Assembly (NCBI GenBank): GCA_036172315.1
Contig: JASFBC010000018.1
Coordinates: 246-64,245, forward strand
Direction: 5' to 3'
Length of the DNA: 64,000 nt
From: Anaerolineae bacterium
GTDB lineage: Bacteria; Chloroflexota; Anaerolineae; B4-G1; DUEL01
Positions 49,905 through 59,426 of the stretch are shown piece by piece (the first letter of the stretch is position 1; every line of letters begins with the position of its first letter). Below the pieces are notes generated by a model. The model did not search any database, was not told the DNA's origin, and worked only from the letters and a program-made list of their open reading frames with translations. Made by a program: the position numbers and the translations under genes.

Positions 49905-50142
49905 CTTCCTGTTCCTCCCTCTCCCGCTCTTTCAGGAGGGCCTGAGTCCAGGACCCCTCGCCTCCAAAACGCCGAAGGGCCCCGAAACCCTCTTGGACAG
50001 GGTCCTCCGGGACTGGCACAATGGAGAGGATGCCGCCATAGTCAATAAACTGAACCCGTGTGCCAGGCCGCAGGCCATACCGCTCCCGGTACTCTTTGGG
50101 GATTACTACCCACCCTTTTGGAGAAACGGTCATTGTCGTCAT
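49882..50142 (-). CDS. vapB: AbrB/SpoVT-MazE-type antitoxin (VapB)
   Basis: MTTMTVSPKGWVVIPKEYRERYGLRPGTRVQFIDYGGILSIVP is a swapped-hairpin AbrB fold signature. Promoter TTGCAT-16-TATACT lies at 50178-50205 (minus strand). Confidence 0.7.
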   Translation of the reverse strand: MTTMTVSPKGWVVIPKEYRERYGLRPGTRVQFIDYGGILSIVPVPEDPVQEGFGALRRFGGEGSWTQALLKEREREEQEVEPPLRF

Positions 50143-50322
50143 GCTGAAACCCCAGTAAGTAATACTTTCTGCAAAAAAGTATACCAGAAAGGGCGGAAAA
50201 TGCAACCGGAGGGGCGATAGCCGCCGCCCTTTCCACTCCTCCCGTTTGACAAACAGCAAGATGTATAATAAGATTGAGGCGATTCCACGTTATTGTAAAA
50301 GCCGACCTTGAGGGAAATTTTT

Positions 50323-51669
50323 ATGGAAAACGAAACTCTTCTATCCCGCATCTCTTCCCGCACCGCGCGGGTCGCCGTTATCGGACTGGGATATGTGGGG
50401 CTGCCGCTGGCGGTAGCCTTCGCCCGGGCCGGGTTCCCGGTCACCGGCGTGGATGTGGATGAGCGCAAGGTTGCCGCGCTGAACGCAGGCCGCAGTTACA
50501 TCGGCGACGCCTCCGATGAGGATCTGCGCCCCTATGTGGCGTCGGGCCGCCTCCGCGCCACGACGGACTACGACGCGCTTCGGGACGCAGACGCCATTTT
50601 CATCTGCGTCCCCACCCCCTACGACGCCCAGCGGGCCCCCGACCTCTCCTACATCCGCGCCGCTGCAGAAGGCATTCGCCTCCGCCTCCGCCCCGGCCAA
50701 CTGGTCGTCCTGCAATCCACCACCTACCCCGGCACCACCGAGGAGATCGTCCAGCCCATTCTGGAGGCGAGTGGTCTCAAGGCGGGCGTGGACTTCTACC
50801 TGGCCTTCTCCCCGGAGCGGATCAACCCGGGCGACAAATACTGGTCGGCTTCCAATACCCCAAAGGTGGTGGGGGGCGTGAATCCGGCCTCCACCCATCT
50901 GGCCTGCGAGTTGCTGGGCCAGATGGGCGCGCCCGTCCACCCCGTCTCCTCCCCCCGCGCTGCCGAGATGACCAAACTCCTGGAAAACATCTTCCGCTCC
51001 GTCAATATCGCGCTGGTCAACGAACTGGCCCTGCTGGCGGAGCGGATGGGAATTGATTTCTGGGAGGTCATAGAGGCGGCGAAGACCAAACCCTTCGGGT
51101 TTATGCCCTTCTATCCGGGGGCCGGGGTGGGCGGGCATTGCATCCCGGTTGACCCCTACTACCTCTCCTGGAAGGCCCGGGAGTACGACTTCTACACCAA
51201 ATTCATAGAACTGGCGGCAGAGGTGAATCAGGCCATGCCCTACCACGCGGTGGACCTGGTGGCAGAGACCCTCTCTCAAGACGGGCTCCCTGTGAGGGGG
51301 GCGCGGGTTTTGGTGCTGGGCGTGGCCTTTAAGCCAGATATAGACGACCCTCGCAACTCCCCCGCCGAGCGGGTGATAGAACTCCTGCTGGCCCGGGGCG
51401 CGGAGGTCCGCTATCACGACCCCTACATCCCCCGCTTCACCGTCGGGGGGGACGTCTTCTACCGGCCCAACTGTACGCTGGAATCGGTCCCGCTGACCGA
51501 TGAGGAACTGGCATCCGCCGACTGCGTGGTCATTGTGACCGGACACCGGTCGGTGGATTACGCGCGGGTGACCCAAACGGCGCAGCGGATGGTGGACTGC
51601 TGTAATGCTACCCGGGGCGCGCCGCAGGGGCAACGGGTCGTCCGCCTGGGCGCTCCTTTCCCCCGGTGA
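50323..51669 (+). CDS. Nucleotide-sugar dehydrogenase (UDP-N-acetyl-D-glucosamine/mannosamine 6-dehydrogenase-like)
   Basis: VAVIGLGYVGLPLAVAFARAGFPVTGVDVDERKV...GGHCIPVDP (catalytic Cys). Confidence 0.85.
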   Translation: MENETLLSRISSRTARVAVIGLGYVGLPLAVAFARAGFPVTGVDVDERKVAALNAGRSYIGDASDEDLRPYVASGRLRATTDYDALRDADAIFICVPTPYDAQRAPDLSYIRAAAEGIRLRLRPGQLVVLQSTTYPGTTEEIVQPILEASGLKAGVDFYLAFSPERINPGDKYWSASNTPKVVGGVNPASTHLACELLGQMGAPVHPVSSPRAAEMTKLLENIFRSVNIALVNELALLAERMGIDFWEVIEAAKTKPFGFMPFYPGAGVGGHCIPVDPYYLSWKAREYDFYTKFIELAAEVNQAMPYHAVDLVAETLSQDGLPVRGARVLVLGVAFKPDIDDPRNSPAERVIELLLARGAEVRYHDPYIPRFTVGGDVFYRPNCTLESVPLTDEELASADCVVIVTGHRSVDYARVTQTAQRMVDCCNATRGAPQGQRVVRLGAPFPR

Positions 51670-52274
51670 ATCTGATGAACCGCAAGGGTAACTCCTCGCA
51701 TCCTCTACGATGGGAGACCCGGCCTCCCTCTCCGGCCCACCTGCGCGCGATACAGGTTTTGACCGGTGTCATCATCGTTGGCGCGCTGGCGGCAGCGGTC
51801 TATTTCCGGGACCGAATCCAGGAACTGGCCGCCTACGGCTACGCGGCGGTCTTCCTGGTGGGGCTGCTCAGCAACGCTACCATCATCCTGCCCGTCCCGG
51901 GCCTGGCGGTCAGTTCAGTGTTGGGGGGTGTCTTCAATCCCTGGCTGGTGGGGCTCGTGGCGGGGGTCGGACAGGCGCTGGGGGAACTCTCCGGCTACCT
52001 GTTGGGCTACAGCGGCCAGACGCTGGTCTCCGACCGCCCCCTTTACAGCCGCATCCAGGGCTGGATGCGCCGCTACGGGGTCTGGGTCATCTTCGTCCTG
52101 GCGGTCATCCCCAACCCCGTCTTTGACATCGGCGGGATGATGGCCGGCGCGCTGCGGTTCCCGGTGTGGAAATTCCTGGGCAGTTGCGCGGCCGGGAAAA
52201 TCATCAAAAACACCGCCTTCGCCCTGGCCGGATACTACGGCATAGAGGCCCTTATGCGTCTGTTGGGGCGGTAG
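51666..52274 (+). CDS. VTT/DedA-family (YqaA-like) membrane protein
   Basis: Small polytopic protein with a VTT-like core (LLSNATIILPVPGLAVSSVLGG...). Overlaps the upstream stop. Confidence 0.5.
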   Translation: MNLMNRKGNSSHPLRWETRPPSPAHLRAIQVLTGVIIVGALAAAVYFRDRIQELAAYGYAAVFLVGLLSNATIILPVPGLAVSSVLGGVFNPWLVGLVAGVGQALGELSGYLLGYSGQTLVSDRPLYSRIQGWMRRYGVWVIFVLAVIPNPVFDIGGMMAGALRFPVWKFLGSCAAGKIIKNTAFALAGYYGIEALMRLLGR

Positions 52275-52321
52275 ATGCTCTCTGCGACCGGCGACCTGCA
52301 ACCTGTCTGTAAGGAGGCACC

Positions 52322-54148
52322 GTGAATGGCTATATGGGCAAACTGCTGCGCGTGGACCTCTCCGGAGGCCGAATCTGGGAGGAGCCGCTGAACGAAGCGT
52401 ACGCCCGGCTCTTCGTCGGCGGGAGCGGCCTGGCGGCCCGCTACCTGCTGGATATGGTCGGCCCGGAGACCGACCCCCTCGGCCCGGAGAATCCCCTTAT
52501 CTTTATGACCGGCCCGCTGGTGGGCACTGCTATGCCCTCGGCAGGACGGCTGAGCGTGGGTGCGCTCTCCCCCCTCACCCGCATCTGGGGGGAGTCCAAC
52601 ACTGGCGGTTTCGTGGGGCCAGAACTCCGCTTCGCCGGATACGACGGCATCATTGTCACCGGACGGGCCGACTGCCCCGTCTGGCTCTCCGTCGTGGAGG
52701 GGGAGGCCCGCCTGCACGACGCGGCCGACCTCTGGGGCCTGGATTCTTACGCCACCCAGGAACGGGTCCGGGAACTCCTGGGCGAGCCGAAGGCGCGCGT
52801 CCTCTGCATCGGCCCCGCCGGGGAGCGCGGGGTGAAGATGGCGGCGGTGATGAACGACCACGGCCGCGCCGCCGGGCGGACCGGTATGGGCGCCGTGATG
52901 GGCTCCAAAAACCTCAAGGCCGTCGCCTTGCGGGGCACCGCCCAGGTCCCCCTGGCCGACCCGGAGGGGTTCGGGGCGACGGTGCGGGAAATCAACGCCG
53001 CCCTCTCTGAAGACATGGTCGCTGAGGCCCTCCGGCTGGCGGGAACGGCCGGTTATGTGGACATGGCGCTCATGTTCGGCGACCTCCCCATCCGTAACTG
53101 GCGGGTAGGGGAATGGGAGGAGGCCGGAAACCTCTCCGGCGTCCTTCTAACGGACCGGTACCTGAACCGGCGGATGGCCTGCTACCGCTGTCCCATCGCC
53201 TGTGGCCGGGAGACCCGCGCGCCCCGCTATGGCCTGGAGAAGGTGGACGGCCCTGAGTACGAGACCATCGGCGCGCTGGGGACGATGCTGATGGTTGCCG
53301 ATCTGGAGGCCGTCATCTACGCCGGGCACCTCTGCAACGTGTACGGGATGGACACCATCAGCGTCGGCTGCACAATCGCCCTGGCCTGTGAGTTGATGGA
53401 GCGGGGGGTGATCCCCCCTGCCGACACCGGCGGCCTGGAAATTCGCTTCGGCGACGCGGAGACCGTGCACCGGCTCATCTCCATGATCGCCCATCGGGAG
53501 GGCTTCGGGGACCTCCTGGCGGAGGGAAGCGCGGCGCTGGCCCAGCGGTACGGCGTACCGGAACAGGCCGTCGTCGTCAACCGGCTGGAGGTGCCCATGC
53601 ACGACCCCCGCGCCTTCGTGGGCATGGCCGTCACCTACGCCCTCTCCCCGCGCGGCGCCTGCCACATGGAGGGGGACGTGTACGGCGTGGACACCGGGCA
53701 AGGGCCGGCGACCGAACTGGGCATCCTCCCTGGCGACCGCTTTGAGATGAGCGAAGAGAAGGGACGCATCGCGGCCCGTCAGCAGGCCTGGCGCAACCTC
53801 TACAACGGGATGATCCTCTGCCAGTTCCAGAATCCCGGCGTGGAGCGGGTGCGGGCGGCGCTGAGCGCGGCCACCGGCTGGGACCTCTCTCCGGAGGACC
53901 TGTTAGAGGCCGGGAAGCGCATCGTCACCCTGAAGCGGGTGCTGAATATGCGCCGGGGGTTGACCCGCGCCGACGACCGTCTCCCCGCGTCGCTGCTGGA
54001 GCCCCTGGAGACGGGCGGGGCAGCGGGCGTGGTGCCCGACCTGGAAGTCCTGCTGGCGGGCGCGTACGCCGAATACGGCTGGGACCTGCAGACCGGCGCG
54101 CCGACGGAGGCGGCGCTGGCAGCGGTGGGGTTGGGCGGGCGCGGATGA
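52322..54148 (+). CDS. Tungsten-type aldehyde:ferredoxin oxidoreductase (AOR family)
   Basis: [44 protein letters not shown] is the AOR N-terminus. The AFOR_C domain has [11 protein letters not shown] cluster ligands. Confidence 0.85.
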   Translation: MNGYMGKLLRVDLSGGRIWEEPLNEAYARLFVGGSGLAARYLLDMVGPETDPLGPENPLIFMTGPLVGTAMPSAGRLSVGALSPLTRIWGESNTGGFVGPELRFAGYDGIIVTGRADCPVWLSVVEGEARLHDAADLWGLDSYATQERVRELLGEPKARVLCIGPAGERGVKMAAVMNDHGRAAGRTGMGAVMGSKNLKAVALRGTAQVPLADPEGFGATVREINAALSEDMVAEALRLAGTAGYVDMALMFGDLPIRNWRVGEWEEAGNLSGVLLTDRYLNRRMACYRCPIACGRETRAPRYGLEKVDGPEYETIGALGTMLMVADLEAVIYAGHLCNVYGMDTISVGCTIALACELMERGVIPPADTGGLEIRFGDAETVHRLISMIAHREGFGDLLAEGSAALAQRYGVPEQAVVVNRLEVPMHDPRAFVGMAVTYALSPRGACHMEGDVYGVDTGQGPATELGILPGDRFEMSEEKGRIAARQQAWRNLYNGMILCQFQNPGVERVRAALSAATGWDLSPEDLLEAGKRIVTLKRVLNMRRGLTRADDRLPASLLEPLETGGAAGVVPDLEVLLAGAYAEYGWDLQTGAPTEAALAAVGLGGRG

Positions 54149-54750
54149 ACGCAGACCGGAGGGAGCGCTCCCTTCGGCGGGCCGCCGTGGCGATCATCGC
54201 CACCACCCTCCTCCTGGTCGCGGAGAGTTACCATACCCTCTGGGGCAACCGGCTGCTGACCCGCACTCTACTCTATCTGGTGGTCCCGCTAAGCATCATC
54301 CTGCTGGCTTTCCGGGAGTCCCCGGCCCGCTACGGGTTCCGGCTGGGGGACTGGCGGGCAGGGCTGAGGTGGACGCTGGGGGCATGCGCCGGGCTGGCAG
54401 TGCTGATGGCCATCGTGGCCCGGACGCCGGCGTTTCGGGCGTACTACAGCGGCGCCGCCTCCGGCCGACTGTTCTGGCTGGCGGACGGAGTGGAACTGCT
54501 GGGGTGGGAGTTCTTCTTTCGGGGGTTTCTGCTCTTTGCGCTCTACCGGGCCTGCGGGCCGCTGGCGCTGCTTCTGCAGGCGGTGCCGTTCACACTGGCC
54601 CACATCGGCAAGCCGGAACTGGAGACGCTCAGTTGCATCTTCGGCGGGACCGCCTTCGGCTACATCGCCTGGCGGACCCGTTCATTCCTCTATCCGTTTC
54701 TGATCCACTGGTTTCTGGCCTCTTTTACGGCGGTAGTGGCCGCCGGGTGA
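54145..54750 (+). CDS. CPBP-family (CAAX-type) intramembrane metalloprotease
   Basis: WEFFFRG (EExxxR variant), FTLAHIG (FxxxH) and HWFLASF motifs. 4-nt overlap with the AOR gene. Confidence 0.6.
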   Translation: MNADRRERSLRRAAVAIIATTLLLVAESYHTLWGNRLLTRTLLYLVVPLSIILLAFRESPARYGFRLGDWRAGLRWTLGACAGLAVLMAIVARTPAFRAYYSGAASGRLFWLADGVELLGWEFFFRGFLLFALYRACGPLALLLQAVPFTLAHIGKPELETLSCIFGGTAFGYIAWRTRSFLYPFLIHWFLASFTAVVAAG

Positions 54751-54774
54751 TGCGGATGGCGACGTTCGTAGTAA

Positions 54775-54816
<42 letters not shown>

Positions 54817-55000
54817 CTGAGGAAGATAGGCTTATCCTCCCGTCGGGCCTCCTGCAGCGCCTCCTCCCCCCAGGGGTACCAGTCCACCGGGTTATCGGCA
54901 TGCTGGCGCAGATAGGGGCTGGTTTCGTGAATGAGACGGTTCGGCATGGGACTCCTGTAACGTGCCAGGCACTGCTGGAAGTTCTTGCGCCCCGTTCCTC

Positions 55001-56026
55001 CTACAAGTACTCCGACCGGATCCCCCACCAGTACATATCCGCCAGCCGTTGGTGCTCCTGGCGCAGGCGGACGTAACTCTCGTAGCGATGACGGTGGACC
55101 CGTCCCGTCTCCAGCGCCACCATTACCGCACACCCCGGTTCCACGGTGTGAGTGCAATCGGAGAAACGGCAGTCGGCCACGTAGGGCGCGATGTCCGGAA
55201 AATAGGCGTCCAGTTCCTCCGGGTCCACGTCAAAGAGGGCGAGGGCGCGGATGCCCGGCGTATCGGCGACCCAGCCGCCCCGCTCCAGGGGGAAGAGTTG
55301 GGTGACGACGGTGGTATGGCGGCCCTCGCCGGTGGCCTCGCTGACCTCCCGTACGGCCAGGCCCAGCCCGGGTTGGATGGCGTTGAGGAGACTGCTCTTG
55401 CCGGTGCCTGAGGGGCCCACCAGCGCCGAGACCCGCCCCTCCAGTTGCCGGGCCAGGTCCTCCACCCCCTCCCCCGTCTCCGCGCTGGTGTAGAGGACCG
55501 GGTAGCCGATCTCCTCATAGATGCCGAAGAGGCTCTGGGCCTCCTCCCGGCCCACCAGGTCTATCTTATTGGCGCAGACGACGGCGGGGATGTGCTGGAG
55601 TTCGGCCCCCACCAGGAGCCGATCCAGCAGGCGCAGGTTCGGCTCCGGCTCCGCGCAGGCGAAGACGAAGACGGCCTGGTCGGGATTGGCCAGGATGACC
55701 TGCTCCCGCTCGGAGAGATACCCCTCCCGGTCCCAGGAGCGGGAGCCCCGGCCGCCGGGGGGCGGGGCCAGGCGGGCCAGTACCCGCTCCCGGGGGAGCA
55801 CCTCCTCAATGACGCCGACGCCACCGGAGGCCAGCCGGAAGCGGACCCGGTCCCCCACGGCGACGGGGTCAGTATCCAGCCGCCGCTTCTTCAGCCGCCC
55901 CCGCAGATGGCAGAGGAAGTCCCCCTGGTCGGTATGGACGGTGTAGAAGCCGCTCTGGGCGCGGATGACGAGGCCTTCTATCATCGTGAAATGGGATGCG
56001 TATTGCCGTGCCTTGCTCCCTGTCAT
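55001..56026 (-). CDS. rsgA: Ribosome small-subunit-dependent GTPase A
   Basis: Circularly permuted GTPase NKIDL...[15 protein letters not shown]. Zn motif [14 protein letters not shown]. The start could instead be the ATG at 55984. Confidence 0.85.
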   Translation of the reverse strand: MTGSKARQYASHFTMIEGLVIRAQSGFYTVHTDQGDFLCHLRGRLKKRRLDTDPVAVGDRVRFRLASGGVGVIEEVLPRERVLARLAPPPGGRGSRSWDREGYLSEREQVILANPDQAVFVFACAEPEPNLRLLDRLLVGAELQHIPAVVCANKIDLVGREEAQSLFGIYEEIGYPVLYTSAETGEGVEDLARQLEGRVSALVGPSGTGKSSLLNAIQPGLGLAVREVSEATGEGRHTTVVTQLFPLERGGWVADTPGIRALALFDVDPEELDAYFPDIAPYVADCRFSDCTHTVEPGCAVMVALETGRVHRHRYESYVRLRQEHQRLADMYWWGIRSEYL

Positions 56027-57540
56027 GGCGTTGGGGTACTCTCTGCCTGGCGGCAGAGGCGGATACCTTCCTGGGCATTGGCGTCGTTAGGGTCCATCTG
56101 GAGCGCGGCGTCAAAGAGCGGGTAAGCCCGCTCGCACTGGGCCATATAGTAGTAGCAGAGGCCCAGGGTGTAGAAGTACTCAATGCGAGGTCCCCGGACC
56201 GGTTCGGCTTTCAGCGTGGCTGTCACCGTGCCGTCGGAGGCCACCCAGAAGGGGCCGGTGTTCAGGGGAGTATCGGAGAGCGTCCGCAGGCCGCTGAACC
56301 AGCCCACGTAGACCTGGCCGGTGGGCGGGTCGGGCATCCGCTCCAGGGCCAGCGTGACCTCGCCAGTGGCCGCGTTCATCGTGACCTGACCGCGCGCGGC
56401 GGCCCAGGCGCCGGTCTTGTCGGTGGGCGTCAGGTCGGCGGAGAAGCGGATCATCCCGTTGTCGGTGGGGCGGAGCCGCCCCTCCAGGATTTTGCGGGCG
56501 AGGGTGGGATAAGTGTACTCCTTCTGGACCGGTTCCACCGTGATGTAAAAGCCGCGCGCAGCCCGCCGGGAGGCCCGGTAGGCCATATCTATGGCCTTCT
56601 CAAAGTTGGGGATGGCCGATTCGTAGTTGCGCTGGCTCCAGTAGACGGTCGCCAGGCGGCCGTACGCCGTAGCATACTCCGGGTCGGCCTGGATGGCCTG
56701 CTCCAGGTACCGCCGGGTCTCCTGGTATTCCTCAATCGCATAGTAGACCCAGCCCAGTTGGGCCAGCGCATCGGCTCGGTAGGGGGCCAGTTCCACTGCC
56801 CGACGGTAGGCCGCGATGGCGCCGGACGGGTTTAGCAGCGCCTGGCGGTTCCGACCAACGTCCAGATACAGGTAGGCCAGGTTGGGGTGAACCTCCAGCG
56901 CCTTCTGGTAGGCCTCAATCGCCCCGCTGTAGTTGCCCATCATCTCCAACGCGTAGCCGTAAGCCCTCAACCCGTCCACGCTGCGGGGGTCCAGTTTCTG
57001 GGCCGTCCGGGCCGCCTCCAGCGCGGCGTTCCATTGCCCACTATCCATATACGCCTCGGAGAGGTAGGCATAGGCCTCGGCGTACTCGGGTTGCAAGTCG
57101 ATAGCCCGGTCGCAGGCATCCAGCGCGTCCTGCACCCACCCGACCCAGTCGTAGGCCATACAGAGAGCCGCCCAGGCGGGAGCGGAGTTCGGGTCTATCG
57201 CCACCGCCCGCTCCCCGTACCGGACAGCCTCCAGCGGTTTGCCGTCCAGCACCAGCAGGCGGACCAGAGGCGGGTAGAGGGACGCGTCGTTGGGAAACAG
57301 CCCGATGGCCTGCTGGTAAACCGCGATGGCGCTCCGCAGGTCTCCATCCCAATAGTACCTGTCCGCCTCTATCTGGTAGGACTGAGGAGAACGGGTAGGG
57401 GTCGGAGTGGGCACAATGGTCACTTCCACCTCCTGCGGCTGGACCCGGAAGTAGACGTATCCCGCCGCCCCGATGAGCAGGAGCAGAAGGAGAACCCGCC
57501 AGGGGTTGGAGTGCTTTCGCCTGCGCCGGCTCAGGTACAT
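56023..57540 (-). CDS. TPR-repeat protein with N-terminal TM anchor
   Basis: Multiple 34-aa TPR units (AWAALCMAYDWVGWVQDALDACDRAIDLQP...). Confidence 0.75.
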   Translation of the reverse strand: MYLSRRRRKHSNPWRVLLLLLLIGAAGYVYFRVQPQEVEVTIVPTPTPTRSPQSYQIEADRYYWDGDLRSAIAVYQQAIGLFPNDASLYPPLVRLLVLDGKPLEAVRYGERAVAIDPNSAPAWAALCMAYDWVGWVQDALDACDRAIDLQPEYAEAYAYLSEAYMDSGQWNAALEAARTAQKLDPRSVDGLRAYGYALEMMGNYSGAIEAYQKALEVHPNLAYLYLDVGRNRQALLNPSGAIAAYRRAVELAPYRADALAQLGWVYYAIEEYQETRRYLEQAIQADPEYATAYGRLATVYWSQRNYESAIPNFEKAIDMAYRASRRAARGFYITVEPVQKEYTYPTLARKILEGRLRPTDNGMIRFSADLTPTDKTGAWAAARGQVTMNAATGEVTLALERMPDPPTGQVYVGWFSGLRTLSDTPLNTGPFWVASDGTVTATLKAEPVRGPRIEYFYTLGLCYYYMAQCERAYPLFDAALQMDPNDANAQEGIRLCRQAESTPTP

Positions 57541-57613
57541 TGTCGGAAGACCTCTGATGGGTTGACGGTTATGAGTATGCCATAGATTGGGGAATTTGTC
57601 CAGAGTTCGCGTA

Positions 57614-57690
57614 GCGCAGGCTGCTACGCAGGCTAACAGCCTGCGCTACAGGCTAACAGCCTGCGCTACAGGCTAACAGCCTGCGCTACG
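57614..57690. repeat. REP-like hairpin tandem array (3.5 copies of CAGGCTAACAGCCTGCGCTA) flanked by direct repeat ATTTGTCCAGAGTTC
   Basis: Exact 20-bp tandem units at 57629, 57649 and 57669. Flanking ATTTGTCCAGAGTTC lies at about 57594 and about 57697. Confidence 0.85.
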
Positions 57691-57815
57691 TGAGAGATTT
57701 GTCCAGAGTTCACTTCGGGGGTATAATTTACCCCGAGAAGATTGCCCTCCTGGCGCCGATGGAGGGGCAGGGGCAATAGAGGGGCAACCCGGCGGTTGCC
57801 CCGGTGGAGAGGCCG

Positions 57816-58463
57816 ATGCTGGTGCGAGACCGAATGACGCCCAACCCGATTACCCTGCGTCCCGGCAGCGACCCGCTGGCCGGAGTGGCTATCTGCAAAA
57901 GCGGCGGCTTCTGCCATCTGCCGGTGGTGGACGAAAACGGGCGTCTGGTGGGGATGGTTACCGAAGAGGAACTGAAGCATTTCCTGGCAGCCGCGCCCTC
58001 CCCCGGCGTCCTCCAGCGACAGCACCGGGTAGAGCAGGTAATGAAGTCCCCGGTCGTCTCGGTGCCGCCCGATTATCCCCTGGAAGAAGCGGCCCGGCTG
58101 ATGATTCACCACCATCTCAGCGGGTTGCCGGTAGTGGATGAGACAGGCCGACTGGTCGGCATCATCACCCGCTCCGACATCTTTGCCCAGTTCGCCGAAG
58201 CCCTGGGCGCCGATACGGCGGCGGTCCGGGTCACAGTCCGGGTGCCCAATCGCCCCGGTGAACTGGCCAAACTGGCCGGACGCATCGCACAGGCAGGGGG
58301 GAACATCTGCTCCGTTGTTTCCCACTCTCCAGGGACCACGGGCCAGATGGACCTGACACTGCGGGTGGAGGGTGTGGGCCGGGAAGCGTTGCTGGCGGCC
58401 ATCCGGGCCGATCCGGAGGTGGAAGTCCGCCACGTCTGGGAGCGGGAAGTGGAGGGGCAATGA
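57816..58463 (+). CDS. CBS-pair + ACT domain protein (paralog of 5406-6077)
   Basis: MLVRDRMTPNPIT...GLPVVDETGRLVGIITRSDIF...RVTVRVPNRPGELAKLAGRIAQAGGNI. Confidence 0.8.
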   Translation: MLVRDRMTPNPITLRPGSDPLAGVAICKSGGFCHLPVVDENGRLVGMVTEEELKHFLAAAPSPGVLQRQHRVEQVMKSPVVSVPPDYPLEEAARLMIHHHLSGLPVVDETGRLVGIITRSDIFAQFAEALGADTAAVRVTVRVPNRPGELAKLAGRIAQAGGNICSVVSHSPGTTGQMDLTLRVEGVGREALLAAIRADPEVEVRHVWEREVEGQ

Positions 58464-59386
58464 GCCGCCCGTCCAGGTGGGCCTGCGCGCTGGCCCTGGG
58501 GGTTTTACTGCTGACGGCCTGCTCGTCTGGGGGGAACGGCGGCGGACCGCCGGAGGGGGATTCCATCGCCCTGGCCCAGGCTACACCCCCGCCCCAGTCC
58601 CTGCTGGTCCCGGGAAAGAGCGTGGAGGGAACGCTGGAAGCCGGAGAGACGGACCGGTGGGTCTTCGCGGCCGCTGGAGGGGACACCGGAACACCCAACC
58701 TGGTCACCGTGGAGGTCTGGTTTCGCCCCAGCACCGCCTCCGGACCGGAGGCATCGCTGCGGGCCACCCTGCTGGCACCGGACGGCACGACGGTGGCCGA
58801 AGAGGAGGGCACGGTCACCCTGCCGCCGTACATCGTGGAGCGGGAACTCCCTCAGACCGGCTCGTATCTCCTGCGATTGGAGGCCCTATCGGGAACGCCG
58901 GGCCGCTACACCCTGCTGGTCACCCTCTCCGAGGAGCGCTACTTAACCCGGCCGGAGGTCTACAGCGGCGGGCCGCCGGCGGGCTGGCCGCTGGAGGAAC
59001 TCCCGGTGGGCAGTTCCGGTTTCGCCTGGCCGGCGCCGCGTCGGGCTATCTCGGGCTGGTACTTCCATGACCCGTCCAATCCCCGCCACATCGGGCTGGA
59101 CATCGCAGCAGCCCTTTACGACCCCATCTTCGCCACAGCCGACGGGGTAGTCTCTTTCGCCGACGTCTCCGGTGGCTATGGCAATCTCATCGTCATAGAC
59201 CACGCCGACGGCTGGCAATCCTGGTACGCCCACCTTTCGGCCTTTTCTGTCATTCCCGGCCAGCAGGTACGGCAGGGGGAGACCATCGGCGCGGCAGGCA
59301 GTACCGGTCGCTCCAGCGGGCCGCACCTTCACTTTGAACTTCGTCATAACGGGGTGCCGGTGGACCCCCTGCTCTATTTGCATTAG
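58460..59386 (+). CDS. M23-family peptidase lipoprotein (LytM-like)
   Basis: Lipobox LLTAC. HIGLDIAA...DHADGWQSWYAHL...GSTGRSSGPHLHFEL. Confidence 0.85.
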   Translation: MSRPSRWACALALGVLLLTACSSGGNGGGPPEGDSIALAQATPPPQSLLVPGKSVEGTLEAGETDRWVFAAAGGDTGTPNLVTVEVWFRPSTASGPEASLRATLLAPDGTTVAEEEGTVTLPPYIVERELPQTGSYLLRLEALSGTPGRYTLLVTLSEERYLTRPEVYSGGPPAGWPLEELPVGSSGFAWPAPRRAISGWYFHDPSNPRHIGLDIAAALYDPIFATADGVVSFADVSGGYGNLIVIDHADGWQSWYAHLSAFSVIPGQQVRQGETIGAAGSTGRSSGPHLHFELRHNGVPVDPLLYLH

Positions 59387-59426
59387 CCGTCGGGGGTTAA
59401 CCGTTAGCGTTCAGTCGTCAGTGGCC

